From the NCBI GenBank assembly GCA_029717555.1, contig JAMDHS010000017.1, forward strand, positions 124,001 to 188,000: a DNA stretch of 64,000 nt, given 5' to 3'. The position numbers were made by a program, and so were the translations under genes. A model generated the notes under the pieces. It was not told where the DNA came from, made no database searches, and was given only the letters and a program-made list of their open reading frames with translations. The stretch is from Peribolospora baueri (lineage: Eukaryota). Positions 59,656 through 64,000 of this stretch are shown piece after piece; positions within the stretch are counted from its first letter, which is position 1, and the number at the start of each line of letters is the position of its first letter.

Positions 59656-62600
59656 ATGCAAAGAACGGCGGTAACAGCAGCGGCAGCACGTCCTCGGTGC
59701 TCAGGGCGCCCTCGATCGAGCTCCTCATCTGGCCCATCGCCCTTCCTCCACCGTCCGGCTCCCCACCGCTCCCCCACTATCCGCCCGCCGCTCTCCTTCC
59801 CTTCTTTCCCTAGGCTCGACAGCTCCTCCTCGTCGACTCTAACGTCCGCTCCCAATGCGTCCTTGACGGCGGCCTCAAAGCCCTTTACGCAATTTTGCCC
59901 TCTCTCCACCTCCGCCTTTCCTGCTCGCACGCCCGTCTCTTCCGGCTCCGGCCCTGCCCAGGGACACGGACGCAAAGGCTATTCGGACGGAGCAGAGCTG
60001 GGACGCCACTTCTATCTCAACAAACAGCTGGAGGCCTGGGCTAGCCGACCCGCTAATAGGATGACGTTGAGGCAGCTGGTGTTTTTTGGCAAGACGGTCG
60101 TCCGGGACCGCGAGAGGCTTTTGAAGGTACGTTTGTCCGAGCCCGGCGGGCGGGGCGGGTTCAGAAAGAACGGAAACGAGCTCACGGCGTCTCGTTGACC
60201 TTCTACGGGATTGTGGCCCTCCCAGAGCGCAAATTACGTGAGTGTCGCGCCTCGCCTAGGAGACGCTACCCTCGTCAAGGATATCTCGTCCTCTTCCCCG
60301 ATTGGCCCCAGCTGACAGTGCTCGTCCCCTGGCTCTCGCCTCTGCGATCTTTCATGTTACCTGCGACGTAGGTCCGTCAAGAACTGCCGATACGCATAGC
60401 GCATCGCATTCGAGAGCTGCAAGCGCTTCCTTTTGTGGTGATGACCAACTCTCACATGGAGGATGTGTACAATGTGAGCGCGCGGAAGGTCCTCTCTTAA
60501 CGACGAGTTCAAAGGTTCGGATCGCCTGATGCAATCCTCGTTCCCGATCCATTCTTCTAATCGGCCCCTCGCGCAGAAATATTGGCGAGCATTCGAGCTG
60601 TAAGTGGTGTCCCATCAGTTAAATAAAGGCAGCAGCGGAGTCGTATCCTATCTCACGATTGCCACGATCCGCTGAACAGTCCCGCTTTCGATCCCTTTTC
60701 TCATTTCGATGGATCCAGCCTCCGCCGTTTTCCTCCTGTGAACACGTTCGAGGACAACGATCGGTTTTGCGCCTTTGTCAAGAGCTTACTCGAGGAACAG
60801 TGAGCGCCCCGGGCGGCCTGTCAGTTTCGCGGTTTGGCTAGCGCACACGTTCCTGACCATGTGGCCGTACATCCTTCCCTCCTCCAGCCTGACAGTCATC
60901 CCCTCCCTTGCGCTCGGCATCGTAGAATCGGCGCACCATCTTCCAGCGACTCAACTCGATCGGTTCATGACGTCGATGCTCCGCTCGCGCATCTCCCGCC
61001 GCGTCCTCGCAGAGCAACACATCGCCCTCTCCGAGGCGCTCGACGACCCTTTCCATTTCCCCGCCTCCGGGGAGGGCAACGAAGGCGAGCGGGTTGGGAT
61101 CGTTTACACGCATTTGAGCGCGTACAGCGTTGTCAGCAAAGGAGCTCGGCTGCTGAGGACCATGCTCATCGGAAGGCTGGTGAGAGGAGAGGAAGGGGAC
61201 GTGGGAGCGTTGCCGAGCGAGGAGGAAGCCGGGCGGTATGTGCCGTGTGTGGAGATCGACGGCGATCTCGATGCGCGGTTCGCATACATTCCGGAGCATC
61301 TGGTGAGCACTGGACGTCTCCGACGACGATGCCTACGTTCATTTGGAAACAGCATTTATCATTTCCCGCGCCGTTCTCTTTCACAGGAATACATCACGTT
61401 CGAGATCCTCAAAAACGCCATGCGAGCGACGATGAGACACCATCGCCGCTCTTCACTACAAAAGGAAAGTCAAGAGGGCCAGCCGCCGGCGGAGTGTCCT
61501 CCAATCAAGGTGACCATCGTCGAAGGTCCGCCAACATCAGACCTTATCATCCGCGTGTCCGACCAAGGTGGCGGCTTCCCCGATGCGGAGAGTCTCGCAC
61601 ATGATGCTACTCATCCAGACGCAAGCTCGGGCGTGGACACATTCCATACAGTTGGCGAGGCGGCCCTCTCGAACCCTTCCATGTACACGCCCCAATCTCT
61701 CGTTCCCGAGGGTCACCCTCGTATGCCTCCGGTGCCGCCCCGACGATCCCACGCGTCAATCAGCTCCTCCGCTCTGACTCTCTCTCGAGACCCCCTAGCC
61801 GATGTCCTCTGCTCCTTCTCTTGCGTCGGACGACGACTCAGCCAATCACCAGACCCGCGTTCCCACGTGGCAGAGGTCGGCCCAGACGGCAGCTCTGCGC
61901 CCTTGCCTCCACATCGAACCATGTCCGAGGCCACGTTAGCCGGTGTGTCCAGCGCGGTGACGAGACCAGACGACGGACTCGAGGCCCTGCGCTCTGTGCG
62001 CTCCTTTAAAGGCACCGTCGAAGAGCAGCTGTTGCCCTCACCGATGTCCAACGGTATCGGAGAAGACCCGACAAACCCCGACCACACCACAATCACCGCA
62101 GATGATTTGAATCGGCCGGAAAGTGAACATGGCTCGCTTTCCACCACCTCAAGGGACATCATCGACCCAGCTGCGGGGAAGGCAAAGCGACAGCGGACTC
62201 GCTTGCCGAGGTCGGACGAAGGCACGGGGGCTGCGGCGCTACAGATGGAGACGGGGCTCGGGTTGGTGAGTGCGGTCGCCGGCTACTTTTTGGGCCTGGT
62301 TAAGGCTATCCTATCGTCGAGTGCAGACCTGTTCATCGTACGATTGTTCCCTGCACGTTCTTCTTGTTCTCCCCGCTACTACGCTGACTCCGTTTTGGCC
62401 TACCTTAACGGTTGAACCCCTTTCGTCCCCTCAGCCGATGAGCAAAGTCTATGCAGAGTTCTTCGGAGGCTCACTCACTTTCAAGTCACTCGACGGGTAT
62501 GGGTCGGACGTGTATATCAGTGAGTAGCGCGCGCCGTTCTTCCGCTATCGTGTCGCCTTTTCCTTCGAGGGAAGTTTCGTGCCGCTTTCACCGAAGCTCA

Positions 62601-62832
62601 AGCCGCCCATCTCGTTGTTCTGTGTTCCTTTTGTTCCTCGTCGATCGCCAACATCGTCAGGGATACCCAAGGTGCGCGATGACGGCGAGGCGCTATAGAT
62701 AGCCTCTTCCAGCTCTTCCTCTCCTTCCTCCCTCTTATCCTCATTTAACGGCCCACGTAGCACGTCTCTTACACCTTCTCGATACGTAACGTCCTTCAGC
62801 TCGGCACCAACAAGGAAGAGATCGAACTCTAG
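59656..62832 (+). CDS. Mitochondrial alpha-ketoacid dehydrogenase kinase (PDK/BCKDK family)
   Basis: Presequence-like N-terminus; TLRQLVFFG; ELPIRIAHRIRELQALP; SRISRRVLAEQH; FEILKNAMRA; RVSDQGGG; GLGL|PMSKVYAEFFGGSL...GYGSDVYI|RIPK|LGTNKEEIEL*. Confidence 0.93.
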
Positions 62833-63039
62833 GGTCCGTACAAGATTAGCGACTACCCCTCTCCTCACTCCTCACTCGCTTCGTGGGTCTGATTTATCAG
62901 AGATCATTGTCGTCTATCAACCCCTCTCCCGGTCCCTTCGTCCGACTGTAGAACGGCTTTGTACTAGCGTTAGATTTTTCTTCGTTGTCCCGGTCCCTCA
63001 TCACAGTGACGCTAGTTTCCTCTCTCGGCCTCTCAGCGG

Positions 63040-64000
63040 TTAGACTTTTGTGTCGTCCGCCGTGCCCGCGTCCCCATTCTCCAACGTCGCCGTCACGGCA
63101 GCCGTAGCCTTAAGATCGGCGATCTGCCTCCGAGCGTCCGCGGAAACTTCGACCGCCATGGTATCAGTGTCCGAGGAGGCGCCCTCCACCTGCAGATCGA
63201 TCTCAGCGGGATGCTTCGTTCCCCAAACACGCGTGGCTCGGATTGCGTTGACGCCGCTTGGACCAGGCATCCCTGTGCCTTTGGTTTGGGAACGGTACAC
63301 GATCTCTTTCAGTTCGCTGTAGAGTACCTGAAGTGAAAGACAGACTCGAAGGGCGCCTACTCACCCTTGTATTGCTGATCCGCGCTGTTCATCGTAGACA
63401 GCCTTTGGGAAGCAGAGCTCGTGTCGGTCTTGAGGACCTCGCGTAGGGCCATGGTAGCGTACGCGCTGGTGCCGAGCGTCATGCGGATCTGGAGGGCGAG
63501 GAACATGCCATTGGGCTCGCCCTTCGGCTGCGGCACGCCGAGCAGGCGATCCTCGTCGGACTGTGCTAGATCTACATCCGGGTCGGTATAGCGCATGAGC
63601 GTCCACGACAAAGAAGTGGGCCGGTGAATGATCTTGCGGTAGGAACCGACCAGCGCGTAGTCTCTGCGTTAAGGAAGATGCGTAGGTGTGAATCGAGTGA
63701 GGATATTTTCGACGTGGGGAGATCAAGAAGATGACCCACCTCTGCTTCGATGCTCCAATGTCGTTTGGCGCCAGCCCGTCCTCGGCCAGCATGGCCTTGT
63801 ACTTGTCGGAGAGCGGGCCTTCGGCATACTTGACCTGATGACCGGGAAGGGGCATGACAACGTCGAGCATGGTATACTTGCTCACATCCTCTTCCGTCAG
63901 GGTCTTGACCTTCCAGAATCGCTTGACGCCTTCAACTGCAAGGCCGCAAGAGTGACAAGTCAGAATGACAAGACGACTGCACTATTCAAGACGAAACACC
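63040..64000 (-). CDS. PUS7: tRNA pseudouridine synthase, TruD/Pus7 family, 3' part
   Basis: DVVMPLPG; YALVGSYRKIIHRP; MTLGTSAYATMALREVLK. Confidence 0.9.

Overview
Gene-dense, GC-rich, intron-rich eukaryotic DNA. Splice signals and gene content fit a basidiomycete fungus, probably Ustilaginomycotina-like; the lineage is an inference. About 19 protein-coding genes were reconstructed by hand from GT/GC-AG introns: a partial S/P-rich gene, LSM12, cactin, a hypothetical PH-like protein, an RTA1-like 7TM protein, phenol 2-monooxygenase, OSH1-type oxysterol-binding protein, GDT1, a long coiled-coil protein, a LisH-WD40 protein, MED12, a PAXX/XRCC4-like gene, a PHOSPHO2-like HAD phosphatase, DPH5, OST3/6, a SHLD2-like OB-fold protein, ERG27, a PNPOx-like FMN-binding protein, a PDK/BCKDK kinase and partial PUS7. 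Three things stand out. (1) The PAXX-like gene has its Ku-binding tail split by a 1.94-kb intron that holds an in-frame 1.46-kb alternative terminal exon. (2) A decayed Copia LTR-PBS-gag fragment folds back into a hairpin with 97 perfectly paired bp, with an inverted TATA-bearing LTR-like piece pointing into it. (3) A shieldin-SHLD2-like gene lies 5.5 kb from the PAXX-like gene. All family calls come from motif recognition by eye; no database search was run.
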